From: Clostridia bacterium
Lineage (GTDB): Bacteria; Bacillota; Clostridia; Oscillospirales; CAG-272
Direction of reading: 5' to 3'
Assembly (NCBI GenBank): GCA_017456965.1
Contig: JAFTIJ010000151.1
Location: forward strand, 1-35,715
Length of the DNA: 35,715 bases
Below, piece after piece: positions 16,379 to 26,382 of the stretch. Each line of letters opens with the position of its first letter. Within the stretch, counting starts at the first letter, position 1. The position numbers were made by a program, and so were the translations under genes. Under the pieces are notes generated by a model. The model saw only the letters and a list, made by a program, of their open reading frames with translations, made no database searches and was not told the DNA's origin.

Positions 16379-17482
16379 TTACGCAAGACTCTTCAGATAC
16401 GCGTTGATGAAGCCGTCGATCTCGCCGTCCATGACCTTGTCGATATCGCTGACCTCATAGCCGGTACGGGTATCCTTGGCAAGCGTGTAGGGCATGAAGA
16501 CATAGGAGCGGATCTGAGAGCCCCACTCGATTCTTGCCTTCTCACCGCGGATGTCCTCGATACGGTCGAGATTCTCGCGCGCCTTGATCTCCGCGAGCTT
16601 ACTCTTCAGCATACGGAGTGCCGTCTCCTTATTCTGGAGCTGGCTTCTCTCCGTCTGACAGCCGACGACGATGCCCGTGGGCTTGTGGACGATACGGATC
16701 GCAGAGTCCGTCTTATTGATGTGCTGACCGCCCGCACCGCTGGAACGGTGTGCGGTAACCTCGATATCCTCCTCACGGATCTCGATATCCGCGCTGTCAT
16801 CGAGCTCGGGTGTGATCTCGACGGAGGCAAAGGAGGTCTGTCTTCTGCCCGAAGCGTCAAAGGGAGATACGCGCACCAGACGGTGAACGCCGTGCTCGCT
16901 CTTCAAAAAGCCGTAGGCGTGTGCGCCCTCGACCGTGATGGTCGCGCTCTTGATGCCCGCCTCATCGCCGTCAAGCCACTCGATCAGCTTCACGACGAAG
17001 CCGTGCTGCTCCGCCCAACGGGTATACATACGGTAAAGCATCATAGCCCAATCCTGTGCCTCCGTACCGCCCGCACCGGGGTGCAGAGATACAATGGCGT
17101 TACAGGAGTCGTATTCACCGGAGAGCAGGGTCTCCAGACGCATCTTTTCCTCAATGGCAAGGAGGCGCTCCACCTCTGCGGTGACCTCCTCAACGACGCT
17201 CTCATCGTTTTCCTCAATGCCCATGTCCGCAAGCGTGATGGCATCCTCCAGAGCAGTGCTGAGCTCCTCGTATTCCTCAAGCGTATCCTTGATCTGCTTG
17301 AGCTCTCGCAGAATCTTGCCGGAAGTCTCCGCGTTGTCCCAGAAATCAGGGACGAGCGTCTTCTGCTCCAGCTCCTCCGCGTCGTTTTTGATCTGATCGA
17401 TCTTTAAAGCCGAGGCCAGTTCCTTTACGTCATCCCTCATGCCAAGGAGCGTTCTTTTGGCCTCTTCCAACTGAATTATCAC
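16379..17482 (-). CDS. prfB: Peptide chain release factor 2, encoded in one uninterrupted frame
   Basis: GGQ motif (SGAGGQHINKT) and the RF2-specific SPF motif (RVSPFDA). GTG start with a GGAGG SD 7 nt upstream. The N-terminal ~26 aa are in the same frame as the rest. Confidence 0.93.
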   Translation of the reverse strand: MIIQLEEAKRTLLGMRDDVKELASALKIDQIKNDAEELEQKTLVPDFWDNAETSGKILRELKQIKDTLEEYEELSTALEDAITLADMGIEENDESVVEEVTAEVERLLAIEEKMRLETLLSGEYDSCNAIVSLHPGAGGTEAQDWAMMLYRMYTRWAEQHGFVVKLIEWLDGDEAGIKSATITVEGAHAYGFLKSEHGVHRLVRVSPFDASGRRQTSFASVEITPELDDSADIEIREEDIEVTAHRSSGAGGQHINKTDSAIRIVHKPTGIVVGCQTERSQLQNKETALRMLKSKLAEIKARENLDRIEDIRGEKARIEWGSQIRSYVFMPYTLAKDTRTGYEVSDIDKVMDGEIDGFINAYLKSLA

Positions 17483-17529
17483 TGTTAGTCCTCCGATTTA
17501 TCGAATTTACTTTCTTCTATATCTACTAT

Positions 17530-17558
17530 ATTATAACAAATTGTTTTCCGTTTGTAAA
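17530..17558 (-). promoter_or_regulatory. Putative prfB promoter (TTTACA-17-TATAAT)
   Basis: On the minus strand, -35 is at 17553-17558 and the consensus -10 at 17530-17535. Confidence 0.5.
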
Positions 17559-17574
17559 CTGTTTTTTTGCAATT

Positions 17575-17964
17575 CTACTGCTCGGCACGGTGATTTTTGC
17601 AGGGGCTGTCGAACATCCCCTCCATAGATACCCAAAGCACACCGTCCCTCTCACGGAAGCCGATCGCACGGGCGCCGCGGGTGTCCTTACCCTCAAAGTA
17701 CGCCTGATGAATGCCGCACAGGTCGATAAAATTCAGGGTAGCACGTCCCATAATGATGAGCGCCTCCAGATCGTCCGTCCCGACGGTATTGCAAAGGTCA
17801 TATACGTGCCCCGCGTCCTCCATGATACGGAACTGTGCGATCCCGACGGGCGCGCCGTTATCATATGCGGAATACGCGAGCGCATCCGCACGGTATACCG
17901 CACCGCAAAGCTCACAAAGCGCCTTCTGCGCCGATTTCTCAAAGATAGGCTTGATCTCCAGCAT
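17575..17964 (-). CDS. Uncharacterised 129-aa cytoplasmic protein
   Basis: The ORF has host-like codon usage and starts 13 nt downstream of rluB, so it is probably co-transcribed. I recognise no motif with confidence. There is at most a vague GNAT-like strand pattern and no acetyl-CoA P-loop. Confidence 0.55.
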   Translation of the reverse strand: MLEIKPIFEKSAQKALCELCGAVYRADALAYSAYDNGAPVGIAQFRIMEDAGHVYDLCNTVGTDDLEALIIMGRATLNFIDLCGIHQAYFEGKDTRGARAIGFRERDGVLWVSMEGMFDSPCKNHRAEQ

Positions 17965-17977
17965 AGCGTTTTCCTCC

Positions 17978-18700
17978 TCAGTTTTTCAAGGATTCCACCT
18001 GCGCGCGCGTGAGATGCCGCCACGCACCGATGGGCAGATTACCGAGCTTGACGTCACCGATGGAGATACGCTTGAGTGTGAGGATATGAAGGTCGAGCTG
18101 CTCACACATCTTACGGATCTGTCGGTTGCGTCCCTCGTGGAGCGTCACGGAGAGGACGGTAAACTCCTGCTTTCTCGTCACGATGCTGACCTCGGCGGGC
18201 TTGGTCTCGTAGCCGTCGATCACCATCGGGCGGGAAAGACGCGTGACCTTCTCCGCCTCCACCTCCCCGCGGATCTTCACGTGATAGACCTTGGGCTTAT
18301 GGTAGCGGGGGTGCATCAGACGGTTGGCAAGAGCGCCGTCGTTGGTAAAAAGCAGCAGACCCTCCGACTCCAGGTCCAATCTGCCGATGGGATATACGCG
18401 TACGCCGACGTCCTGCACGAGCTCCGCCACGCAACGGCGACCAAGCTCGTCGCTCATCGTCGTGACGTAGCCGACGGGCTTATTGAGCATGATATATACC
18501 TTGCGCACGTTGCGTCCGCTCTCCGCACCGACACGGCGGCCGCCATACTCGACCTTATCGCGCGTGGGGTCGATCTTCATACCGATCTCCGCAACCACGC
18601 CGTTGACCTTGATCTTACCCTTGCGGATCTCCTCCTCGGCGGCGCGTCTGGACAAAACGCCCTGCTCGGAAAGATATTTTTGTAGACGAATTTCTTCCAT
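17978..18700 (-). CDS. rluB: 23S rRNA pseudouridine synthase, RsuA/RluB family (S4 domain plus catalytic domain)
   Basis: S4 domain RLQKYLSEQGVLSRRAAEEEIRKGKIKVNG. Catalytic Asp motif PIGRLDLESEGLLLFTNDG. The start is the ATG at 18698-18700 (MEEIRLQ...) with a GGGAGGG SD. The ORF-track start at 18730 has none. Confidence 0.9.
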   Translation of the reverse strand: MEEIRLQKYLSEQGVLSRRAAEEEIRKGKIKVNGVVAEIGMKIDPTRDKVEYGGRRVGAESGRNVRKVYIMLNKPVGYVTTMSDELGRRCVAELVQDVGVRVYPIGRLDLESEGLLLFTNDGALANRLMHPRYHKPKVYHVKIRGEVEAEKVTRLSRPMVIDGYETKPAEVSIVTRKQEFTVLSVTLHEGRNRQIRKMCEQLDLHILTLKRISIGDVKLGNLPIGAWRHLTRAQVESLKN

Positions 18701-18742
18701 AAAAGAAGCCCTCCCGCCGTGCCGTAGCACGGTTCTCTTATC

Positions 18743-19882
18743 TTATGTAAACTGTTGAAAAATAAAATCGATCAATCGTTTCAAAAAACGCTTCTCCACC
18801 CGCAAGACCTCCACGTCCTGCTCTGCCACGAGCGTGACCGCGCCAAGCTCCGTGCCGTCAAGATAAAAGCGGACCATGCCGACAGTCTGCCCCGCCCGTA
18901 CGCCGCCGTACAAAAACCGCGGGAGCTCCGTCACGACGGAGATCTCCGTATCCGTCCTCGGGAGCATTACCGAGAGCGCGTGCGGATTGCTGACGGTAAC
19001 CGATGCCCCGACGCCTCCGCAAACAGGCACGGAAAAGGAGAAATCCCCCGCCGCGGCAAGCAGGCGCTCCTCATAAAGTGAGAAGCCGTAGTCCAGCATT
19101 GCCCGATGGTCTGCCCAATCATTGCCGTCGTCCAGCGTGACGCAGACAAGGCGCACGCCGTCCCGCTCCGCCGCAGAAACGAGCGTTCTGCCGCAAGCGC
19201 GGGTGTAGCCCGTTTTGACACCGATAATATCGTCGTACTCGCGCAAAAGTCGGTTGTGATTGATCAGCAGGCGTGTCGCCTCGCCATTTGCCAGCGGGAT
19301 CTCACACCGTTTCGTGGAGACGATCTCGCAAAAGACGTCGTTTTTCAGCGCGTGGGCGGCAAGGAGTGCCAGCTCATACGCGGTCGTATAATGATGCTCT
19401 CCGTCGAGACCGTGCGGATTCTCAAAGTGCGTATCCGTCAGTCCCAGAGAGAGCGCCTTTTCGTTCATGAGTGCAACAAATGCCTCTCGACTGCCCGCCA
19501 CGGCGTACGCAAGCGCCTCTGCCGCGTCGTTTGCGCTCTGCAGCATCAGCGCGTACAGGAGCGACTCGACCGTGATCTGCTCACCCGGGGTGAGATAGAC
19601 CGACGAGCCCTCTATGCCGCACGCCTCGGGCGCGACGGACACGACCGTGTCCGTCGGTATCCGTTCAAGCGTGATGAGCGCCGTCATGATCTTGGTCGTG
19701 CTCGCCATGCCGCGTCTCATGTTTTCGTTTTTGCCGTAAAGCACGGTGCCGCTTGCGGCGTCGATCAGGACGGCACTGCGCGCACCGATCGCGGGCACTG
19801 CCGACACGGGTGTCGGCAACAAAAATACAAGACAGAAGGTCAGCAAGCACAGAAAATGCGTTTTTTTCATCATTTCCCCCAT
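18743..19882 (-). CDS. dacB: D-alanyl-D-alanine carboxypeptidase (S11, PBP5/DacB-like) with signal peptide
   Basis: Motifs are SxxK (ASTTKIMT), SxN (SAND) and KTG (VKTGYT). There is an N-terminal signal sequence. scpAB...dacB...rluB synteny is as in Bacillus. The exact start (M1, M4 or M5) is ambiguous. Confidence 0.88.
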   Translation of the reverse strand: MGEMMKKTHFLCLLTFCLVFLLPTPVSAVPAIGARSAVLIDAASGTVLYGKNENMRRGMASTTKIMTALITLERIPTDTVVSVAPEACGIEGSSVYLTPGEQITVESLLYALMLQSANDAAEALAYAVAGSREAFVALMNEKALSLGLTDTHFENPHGLDGEHHYTTAYELALLAAHALKNDVFCEIVSTKRCEIPLANGEATRLLINHNRLLREYDDIIGVKTGYTRACGRTLVSAAERDGVRLVCVTLDDGNDWADHRAMLDYGFSLYEERLLAAAGDFSFSVPVCGGVGASVTVSNPHALSVMLPRTDTEISVVTELPRFLYGGVRAGQTVGMVRFYLDGTELGAVTLVAEQDVEVLRVEKRFLKRLIDFIFQQFT

Positions 19883-19939
19883 ACGTTATGATAGTTTCTC
19901 ACCGTATACATATGAGGGAGTATATATTTCTATACCTTA

Positions 19940-20443
19940 TTATGCCTTGTCGGCGCCTGCGGCCGCGCCCATCGCGTCTGCCGCGACGTCGGTTGCCGTT
20001 TCGGCGGCACCCTTCTTTTTCTTCTTGGAGCCGAGAATACCCTTGAGCTTGTCAAGCAGATCGGGAGCCTTATCGACCAGATTGTCAACGGCGGAGCCGA
20101 CCGTGCCACCGAGATTCGTGGGATTGGCGACGTTCAGAAGCTCGATTTCCCCCTCAGCCGATACGATGAGGAATGCCGTGGGGGTCACGGTGATACCCGT
20201 ACCGCCGCCGCCGCTGAAGCTGTTTTTGCCGTCGCCGCCGGTCTTGCCCGTAAAGTCGTTACCGCCGCCCGCAAAGCCCATAGAGACCTTGGAAACGGGG
20301 ATGATCGTCGTGCCCTGCGGCGTATTGATGGGGGCGCCGATGACGGTGCCGGAGTCGACGATGCTGCGGATGCTCTCAAGAGACGATTCGATCAGCTCAC
20401 TGATCTTATTTTTCTGCGTTTGTTTCTGATTTTCCATATCCAT
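19940..20443 (-). CDS. ytfJ: Sporulation protein YtfJ (GerW family)
   Basis: TVIGAPINTPQGTTIIPVSKVSMGFAGGG...GGGGTGITVTPTAFLIV matches the GerW/YtfJ core as I know it. It lies adjacent to a ytfI-like gene. Confidence 0.85.
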   Translation of the reverse strand: MDMENQKQTQKNKISELIESSLESIRSIVDSGTVIGAPINTPQGTTIIPVSKVSMGFAGGGNDFTGKTGGDGKNSFSGGGGTGITVTPTAFLIVSAEGEIELLNVANPTNLGGTVGSAVDNLVDKAPDLLDKLKGILGSKKKKKGAAETATDVAADAMGAAAGADKA

Positions 20444-20461
20444 TATCCTTTCTGACTTTCG

Positions 20462-21241
20462 TCAGGTATTTTCGTTTTGGGACGTTTCTTCTGCCGTAGG
20501 CGCTTTTGTTTCGGGCGCGGGCGTATTGGCCGCGTCCGCCGTTTCGGGTGCATTCTCTGCGTTTGCAGGCGCACCCTCTGCTTTCTCGGACGCATCCTCT
20601 GCGGGCGCGTCCTTCGGCGTCTGCATCTTATGCTTGACGAATGCCAGACCCGCCGCCATCGCCATGCTAAGGACGTCGTTGATCGTAAGATTGAGGTCAA
20701 TACAGATATTGGCTCTCGGCTTGGTTCCGACGAAGTCTGTATAGACGTTGACGGGCGCCTTACGCTTGATGCGGAAGCGCGTCGCCTTCCTCAACGCACG
20801 GAAAAGATTGGCCGACAGACCCGTGACCGCACCGTAGGCGATCGCCGTCTTGGCGGCGTCTCCCGTCGCAATGGAGATCTCGTACGCGTGGATCGTCACG
20901 CCGAAATGGCGCGGGAACTTACGCAAAACTGCCGCGACGATCTTCAAAAGGAGCTTGACCAGCCCCACGATATCGTGGACGGATTTTTTCTTTTTTGGTC
21001 CGCCCTCCGTTTTGGCAGTCTCTTTTTTCTTTTTGGTTTTTTCTTTTTTGGGCTTCGGCTCCGATGTTTGTTTACCTTGCTTTTTCGGTTTCTTTTTCCT
21101 CGGGAAGATCGGGATCTTGACGAAAAGGAATCGGATCCAGAGCTTCACCTCCGTATTCACGCTTGCGACCACGTGAACAGGGATCGAAAACAGGATGAAG
21201 AAAAAGGCAAGGATGCCGAGAATGATGTAAAGTGCTGTCAT
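20462..21241 (-). CDS. ytfI: YtfI-like membrane protein (DUF2953-like) with a Lys-rich low-complexity insert
   Basis: N-terminal TM. It is paired with ytfJ as in the Bacillus ytfIJ operon. Strong GGAGGTGA SD. The family call rests on synteny and architecture only. Confidence 0.6.
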   Translation of the reverse strand: MTALYIILGILAFFFILFSIPVHVVASVNTEVKLWIRFLFVKIPIFPRKKKPKKQGKQTSEPKPKKEKTKKKKETAKTEGGPKKKKSVHDIVGLVKLLLKIVAAVLRKFPRHFGVTIHAYEISIATGDAAKTAIAYGAVTGLSANLFRALRKATRFRIKRKAPVNVYTDFVGTKPRANICIDLNLTINDVLSMAMAAGLAFVKHKMQTPKDAPAEDASEKAEGAPANAENAPETADAANTPAPETKAPTAEETSQNENT

Positions 21242-21786
21242 GCGTCACCTCCTGCCGCGGTCAGCGGGGGAAGCTCGGTGATCGACGAGAGACCGAACAC
21301 ACGCAGGAAATTTTCCGTCGTGCCGTAAAGCCTCGGTCTGCCGGGGACGTCCATACGTCCCTGCTCCTCGATCAGCTCGTGCTCCAAGAGTACACCGACA
21401 GAGTGGGCGCTGTCAACGCCGCGCACCTGATCAATGTACGCACGTGTCACGGGTTGATTGTAGGCAATGATCGCCAGCGTCTCAAGAGACGCCTTGGAGA
21501 GATTGCCACCGCTCCTGACACCCAGAGCGGATTTGACGTAGGGAGCGAAGACCTCCTTGGTGACGAGCTGACACGCGCCGCCGAGGATCAGAAGCTGGAT
21601 GCCCCTCGGCAAGCCCGAGGCATCGTACTCCGCCGCATACGATCGCGCCAGACGCTCTGCGTCCTCGCGCGTGATGCCGATGATCTCAGCGAGGGCGTCA
21701 AAGGTCAGCGGGTAGCCTGCGGCAAAGAGCACCGCCTCCATGATCCGCTTGGCCTCCTCGTCCGTTACGAGCTTTTCATCAAGCAT
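21238..21786 (-). CDS. scpB: Segregation and condensation protein B
   Basis: EAVLFAAGYPLTFDALAEI... plus winged-helix repeats. It overlaps scpA by 8 nt. Confidence 0.92.
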   Translation of the reverse strand: MLDEKLVTDEEAKRIMEAVLFAAGYPLTFDALAEIIGITREDAERLARSYAAEYDASGLPRGIQLLILGGACQLVTKEVFAPYVKSALGVRSGGNLSKASLETLAIIAYNQPVTRAYIDQVRGVDSAHSVGVLLEHELIEEQGRMDVPGRPRLYGTTENFLRVFGLSSITELPPLTAAGGDA

Positions 21787-22552
21787 CCTCTGTCACCTCC
21801 GTTTCGTCTCGCTGATGCGTCATATTGAAATTCAGAATGATATTGGAGTCCGTGATATCGCCGTCCGTCCGTCTCAGGGTGATGCGCCCCGATTTCAACA
21901 GCTCAAGGACGGCGTAAAAGATCGCCACGATCTCCGAGCGGCTCGTCGCGCCGTCAAAGAGCTCGTCAAAATGCGCCGAGCGTCTGCGATACAGAAAACG
22001 CAGGACGGAGATAAGCTTCTCCGAGACGGGCACGACCTTTTTCCGCACCAAGGGTACGATGCGCTCCACGGGGCTTACCTCCTCGATGCGTGCGCGCTCG
22101 CCCATGCGGAGTAAGAGCCGCTCCAACGCGCGCCTTAACAGCGCCGCGTCCATATCCGAGAGCACCGTATCGGGGGCAAGCTCGTCGGTATCCTTTTGGA
22201 AGCGCCCCGCAAAATCCGACTCCCGCTCCGAGAGCCACCCCGCGACCGCCTTGACGGTCTTATATTCCATGAGCACGCGGACGAGCTCTGCGCGGGGGTC
22301 CTCCTGTGTTTCGGATTTTGGCAGGAGCATACGGCTCTTGATGTACATCAATTCCGATGCCATCGTGATGAACTCACCCGCAAGCTCCATATCCATCCGC
22401 TTTGCCGCCTCCACGTACGCCATATATTGATCGAAAATGACGGAGATGCGGATGTCGCGGATATCCATTTTATTTTTGGCGATCAACGAGAGCAAGAGAT
22501 CGAGCGGCCCCTCGTAGACCTCCATTTTGAAAACAAGCTGTTCCACAGGCAT
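21779..22552 (-). CDS. scpA: Segregation and condensation protein A (kleisin)
   Basis: The N-terminal YEGPLDLLLSLIAKNKMDIRDIRIS motif is typical of ScpA. Confidence 0.92.
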   Translation of the reverse strand: MPVEQLVFKMEVYEGPLDLLLSLIAKNKMDIRDIRISVIFDQYMAYVEAAKRMDMELAGEFITMASELMYIKSRMLLPKSETQEDPRAELVRVLMEYKTVKAVAGWLSERESDFAGRFQKDTDELAPDTVLSDMDAALLRRALERLLLRMGERARIEEVSPVERIVPLVRKKVVPVSEKLISVLRFLYRRRSAHFDELFDGATSRSEIVAIFYAVLELLKSGRITLRRTDGDITDSNIILNFNMTHQRDETEVTEDA

Positions 22553-22563
22553 CGCCTCCGTCT

Positions 22564-23286
22564 CTAAAAGCGGAAAAACGGAAGCAGCTCGACAAGATAG
22601 ATGATCTTATTCAAAAGCCAGATCGACGCGTCCCCGAGGAAGCCGTCCAGCGCACCGAAAAACAAGAGCGCAAAGAACACGATGCGGATCACGTTCTCAT
22701 AGCGTACGATACTGAAATACGCCTTCGTGGGGAGAAACATATATATGATCTTCGACCCATCCAAGGGGGGGATCGGAATGAGATTGAATACGGCAAGACT
22801 TACGTTCAGCATGGCAAACTGCTGGAGGAAAATAAACAGGAGAAAGACGAATTTCGTCACACCGTCCATATCAAAGGGGGTGACGGTCATCGCACCGTAC
22901 CAAAGCATATAGAAGGATGCCGCCCCCGTCTTTAAGGAATACAAAAGGTAGACGAGATGGAGCATCACGACGGCGACGAGGCTCATCAGCAGATTGGAGA
23001 CGGGACCCGCCGCGGCCACCAGCACCATATCGCGGCGCGGCTTCTTATAGTAGCGCGCGTTGATCGGCACAGGCTTTGCCCAGCCGAAGCGGAAGAGGAT
23101 CATGCAAATAAGACCGATCGGGTCGATATGCTTGATCGGGTTCAGCGTGAGTCTGCCGAGATTTCTCGCCGTGGGGTCGCCCAGACGCCATGACATATAG
23201 CCGTGCGCACATTCGTGAACGGAAAGCGCAAGGAAAACGCCCGGGATGGAAAGCAAAATAACAACCAATTGATTGGGATCAAACAT
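22564..23286 (-). CDS. Site-2 protease family (M50) membrane zinc metalloprotease
   Basis: HExxH within a TM helix (SVHECAHGY). Polytopic membrane protein. Confidence 0.85.
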   Translation of the reverse strand: MFDPNQLVVILLSIPGVFLALSVHECAHGYMSWRLGDPTARNLGRLTLNPIKHIDPIGLICMILFRFGWAKPVPINARYYKKPRRDMVLVAAAGPVSNLLMSLVAVVMLHLVYLLYSLKTGAASFYMLWYGAMTVTPFDMDGVTKFVFLLFIFLQQFAMLNVSLAVFNLIPIPPLDGSKIIYMFLPTKAYFSIVRYENVIRIVFFALLFFGALDGFLGDASIWLLNKIIYLVELLPFFRF

Positions 23287-23312
23287 AAGTATATCTCTGC
23301 TTTCTTTGGAAT

Positions 23313-23915
23313 TTAATTTTGTGCGAGCTCCGAGAGGATCGAAAGGAGCTCGTTTTTGCCCATGCCGCTTTGCGAAGAAAACATGATCGTGCGGATCTTC
23401 TCGTCGGCATAGGGGGGATTCAGGAGGGGGTGGCTTGCAAGAGCATCGAAGTTGGCGTTACGTGCCGTCGTGCCGAGCTTATCCGCCTTGGTCGCAACGA
23501 CGACGTACGGAACGTGATTGGCGTTCAGCCACTCGATCATCATGTAGTCATCCTCTGTCGGACCGACCTTGAGGTCGATGAGTTGGAAGACCATCTGCAT
23601 CGTACCCGACACCAGATAGTCGTTGGTCAAGCTCGCCCAGACGCGGCGGGAATCCGCAGAGCGTCTGGCATAGCCGTAGCCGGGGAGGTCAACGAGATAG
23701 AGCTTTTTATCCACCTCGTAGAAGTTGATGGTAATGGTCTTGCCCGGCTGTGCACTCGTACGTGCGAAGCTCTTTCTGCCGAGCAGGGTATTGATGAGGG
23801 AGCTCTTGCCTACATTGGAGCGACCCGAGAGCGCGATCTGCACGTGGCCGTCGCGTGGGAACTGGTCCTTTCTGCCCGCCGTCATCTTCAGAACGACGTT
23901 CTGCATATTCAGCAT
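23313..23915 (-). CDS. engB: Ribosome biogenesis GTPase EngB/YsxC
   Basis: G1 motif GRSNVGKSSLIN, DLPGYGY, and lon-engB synteny. It overlaps the lon stop by 7 nt. Confidence 0.92.
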   Translation of the reverse strand: MLNMQNVVLKMTAGRKDQFPRDGHVQIALSGRSNVGKSSLINTLLGRKSFARTSAQPGKTITINFYEVDKKLYLVDLPGYGYARRSADSRRVWASLTNDYLVSGTMQMVFQLIDLKVGPTEDDYMMIEWLNANHVPYVVVATKADKLGTTARNANFDALASHPLLNPPYADEKIRTIMFSSQSGMGKNELLSILSELAQN

Positions 23916-26287
23916 ACAGCCTCGTCTCCTTTCTTCTGATACGGGTCACGCACGAGCGCGATGGCAAGCGCCTCTCTTGCGCGGGATACGGGAATGATCT
24001 CCACGTTCTGCTTCACCTCGTCGGCGATCTCGTGCAGATCCTTTTCGTTTTCCTTGGGAATGAGGATCGTCTTGACCCCCGCAAGGTACGCCGCCATGGT
24101 CTTTTCTCTCAGACCGCCGATCGCCATGACCTTACCGTGAAGAGTGATCTCACCCGTCATGGAGACGTCGCGTCTGACGGGAATGCCCGTCAGCTCACTT
24201 GCCAGCGCCGTGACCATCGTCACACCCGCAGAGGGACCGTCCTTGGGCACGGCACCCTCGGGAACATGGATATGAATATCCTTGGTCTTATGGAAGTCGG
24301 CAGAGATGCCGAGGGACTCCGCCTCTCTGCGTATGTAGCTGATCGCCGCCTTTGCGGACTCCTTCATGACGTCACCAAGCGAGCCCGTGAGCTCCAGATG
24401 ACCGCTGCCGGGCAGCGCCATCGCCTCGATGCGGAGCAGGTCGCCGCCAAGCTCCGTCCACGCCATGCCGTTGACAATGCCGACCTCATTCTCGTCGGAG
24501 ATGCGATCGCGCAAGAGCTTCTGCTCACCGACGTAAACGGAGAGGTTCTTTTTCGTCACGCGGATAGACTTTCTCTCCTCGCAGGAGATCTGCTTTGCCG
24601 CGCGGCGACAGCATTTCTCGATCTGTCTCTCAAGATTTCTCACACCCGCCTCGCGCGTGTAGCAATCGATCAGATCGTAGATCGCCTCGTCATCCATCTT
24701 GAACATACGGGAGAGCAGGCCGTGCTTCTTCATCTGCTTCGGGATCAGATGATTGCGCGCGATGGCGTGCTTCTCGGGTCTCGTATACGCACGGAGCTCA
24801 ATGACCTCCATACGGTCGAGCAGGGGTCTGGAGATGGTATCCAGACTGTTTGCCGTGGTGATAAACATACAATTTGACAGGTCGATGGGGAGCTCCACGA
24901 AATTGTCGCGGAAGGTCTTGTTCTGCTCACGGTCGAGCACCTCCAGCATCGCGGAGGCGGGGTCGCCGCGCATATCGCTCGCCATCTTGTCGATCTCGTC
25001 GAGCAGGATCAGGGGGTTATTGGCCTTGGCCTCGATGAGGGCGTTTACAATACGGCCGGGCATCGAGCCGATATAGGTCTTTCTGTGGCCGCGGATCTCC
25101 GCCTCGTCGTGTACGCCACCGAGAGACACGCGGACAAACTTGCGGTTGGTCGCGCGGGCAATGGAGGTCGCGATCGAGGTCTTACCCGTACCGGGAGGTC
25201 CGACGAGACAGATGATCTGTCCCTTGAGCTCGGGGTTGAGCTTCAGCGCCGCGAGGTACTCCACGATACGCTCCTTGACCTTGTCAAGACCGTCGTGGTC
25301 CTCGTCAAGGATACGCTGTACCTCGGGGATGTCGATGCGCTCCTCCGTCGCGGTGAGATAGGGGATCTCCAGACACACCTCGATATAGTTGCGCAAAACG
25401 GTATTCTCCGCAGAGCCAAAGGGAATACGCGCGAGGCGCTTGATCTCCTTATGCAGGGCCTGCTTTACCCGCTCGGGGTAGTTGCCGCGCTCCAATTTCT
25501 CAGCGAACTCGCGCAGATCGTCGTCGTCGTATTCGTCGTCGTCGCCAAGCTCCTCGTGGATGACCTTGAGCTGCTCACGCAGATAGTAGTCGCGCTGATT
25601 CTTTTTCATGCGCTCGTCTACCTCCTGCTTGATCACGGAGCGCTCCTCAAGGATGCTCTTCTCGATCTCAAGCAGATTGATCAGCTTCGACGCGCGCGCG
25701 GTGGGGGAGAACTCCTCCAGGATCGTCTGCTTATCCTCCGTGTCGGGGATCAGATTCTCTGCCGCAAAGTCACACGCCTGACCGAGATCGCGGATGCTGT
25801 CGAAAAGAAGCCAGAATTCTCTGGAGAATTTCGGTGCGTGCTTGGAGAAGTCGTGCATGATGCTCTTGATCTCGCGGAGCAGGGCGCGGGCGCGAAGCTC
25901 GCCGTCCTCCTCGGTCACAGTCTTCTCAAAGATCTCGGCCGTCAGCATCTTTTCATCGGTAAAGCCCGAGAGCACAGCGCGCTTCAGGGGCTCGACGACC
26001 ACGCGGAAAATGCCGCTCTGGGTCTTGACGACCTGCTTGATCTTGGCGATGACACCAACGGAGTGGATATTCTCAAGCGAGAGCGCCTCGTCCATAGCGT
26101 CCTTCTGACATACGATAAAGACGGGCGTTCCCTCCTTCGCCGCCGTCTCAAAAATGCGCTTTGCGGGGCCCTTGTCCATATCAATGGTCATGGGGATCCC
26201 GGGGAACGCCACAAGATTTCTCATGATCGCACACGGCATCGTGTGCTTCTTGATGCTTTCTGATGTAATCATATCTTGTCTATTCAA
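23909..26287 (-). CDS. lon: ATP-dependent Lon protease (LonA)
   Basis: Walker [10 protein letters not shown]. Catalytic serine context PKDGPSAG. N-terminal LON substrate-binding domain. The start could be one of several early Met codons. Confidence 0.95.
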   Translation of the reverse strand: MNRQDMITSESIKKHTMPCAIMRNLVAFPGIPMTIDMDKGPAKRIFETAAKEGTPVFIVCQKDAMDEALSLENIHSVGVIAKIKQVVKTQSGIFRVVVEPLKRAVLSGFTDEKMLTAEIFEKTVTEEDGELRARALLREIKSIMHDFSKHAPKFSREFWLLFDSIRDLGQACDFAAENLIPDTEDKQTILEEFSPTARASKLINLLEIEKSILEERSVIKQEVDERMKKNQRDYYLREQLKVIHEELGDDDEYDDDDLREFAEKLERGNYPERVKQALHKEIKRLARIPFGSAENTVLRNYIEVCLEIPYLTATEERIDIPEVQRILDEDHDGLDKVKERIVEYLAALKLNPELKGQIICLVGPPGTGKTSIATSIARATNRKFVRVSLGGVHDEAEIRGHRKTYIGSMPGRIVNALIEAKANNPLILLDEIDKMASDMRGDPASAMLEVLDREQNKTFRDNFVELPIDLSNCMFITTANSLDTISRPLLDRMEVIELRAYTRPEKHAIARNHLIPKQMKKHGLLSRMFKMDDEAIYDLIDCYTREAGVRNLERQIEKCCRRAAKQISCEERKSIRVTKKNLSVYVGEQKLLRDRISDENEVGIVNGMAWTELGGDLLRIEAMALPGSGHLELTGSLGDVMKESAKAAISYIRREAESLGISADFHKTKDIHIHVPEGAVPKDGPSAGVTMVTALASELTGIPVRRDVSMTGEITLHGKVMAIGGLREKTMAAYLAGVKTILIPKENEKDLHEIADEVKQNVEIIPVSRAREALAIALVRDPYQKKGDEAVC

Positions 26288-26353
26288 TTCCTTTCCGGAG
26301 TATATACCAAATCCTATATATCATTCATTTCTGAAAATCACGATACGTAGTTT

Positions 26354-26382
26354 ATTATATCATATTCTTTTTCCGTTTTCCA
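26354..26382 (-). promoter_or_regulatory. Putative lon promoter (TGGAAA-17-TGaTATAAT, extended -10)
   Basis: On the minus strand, -10 TATAAT is at 26354-26359 with a TG at 26361-26362. A weak -35 lies at 26377-26382 and overlaps the inverted repeat TTTTCCAT-N16-ATGGAAAA (26376-26407). Confidence 0.4.
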
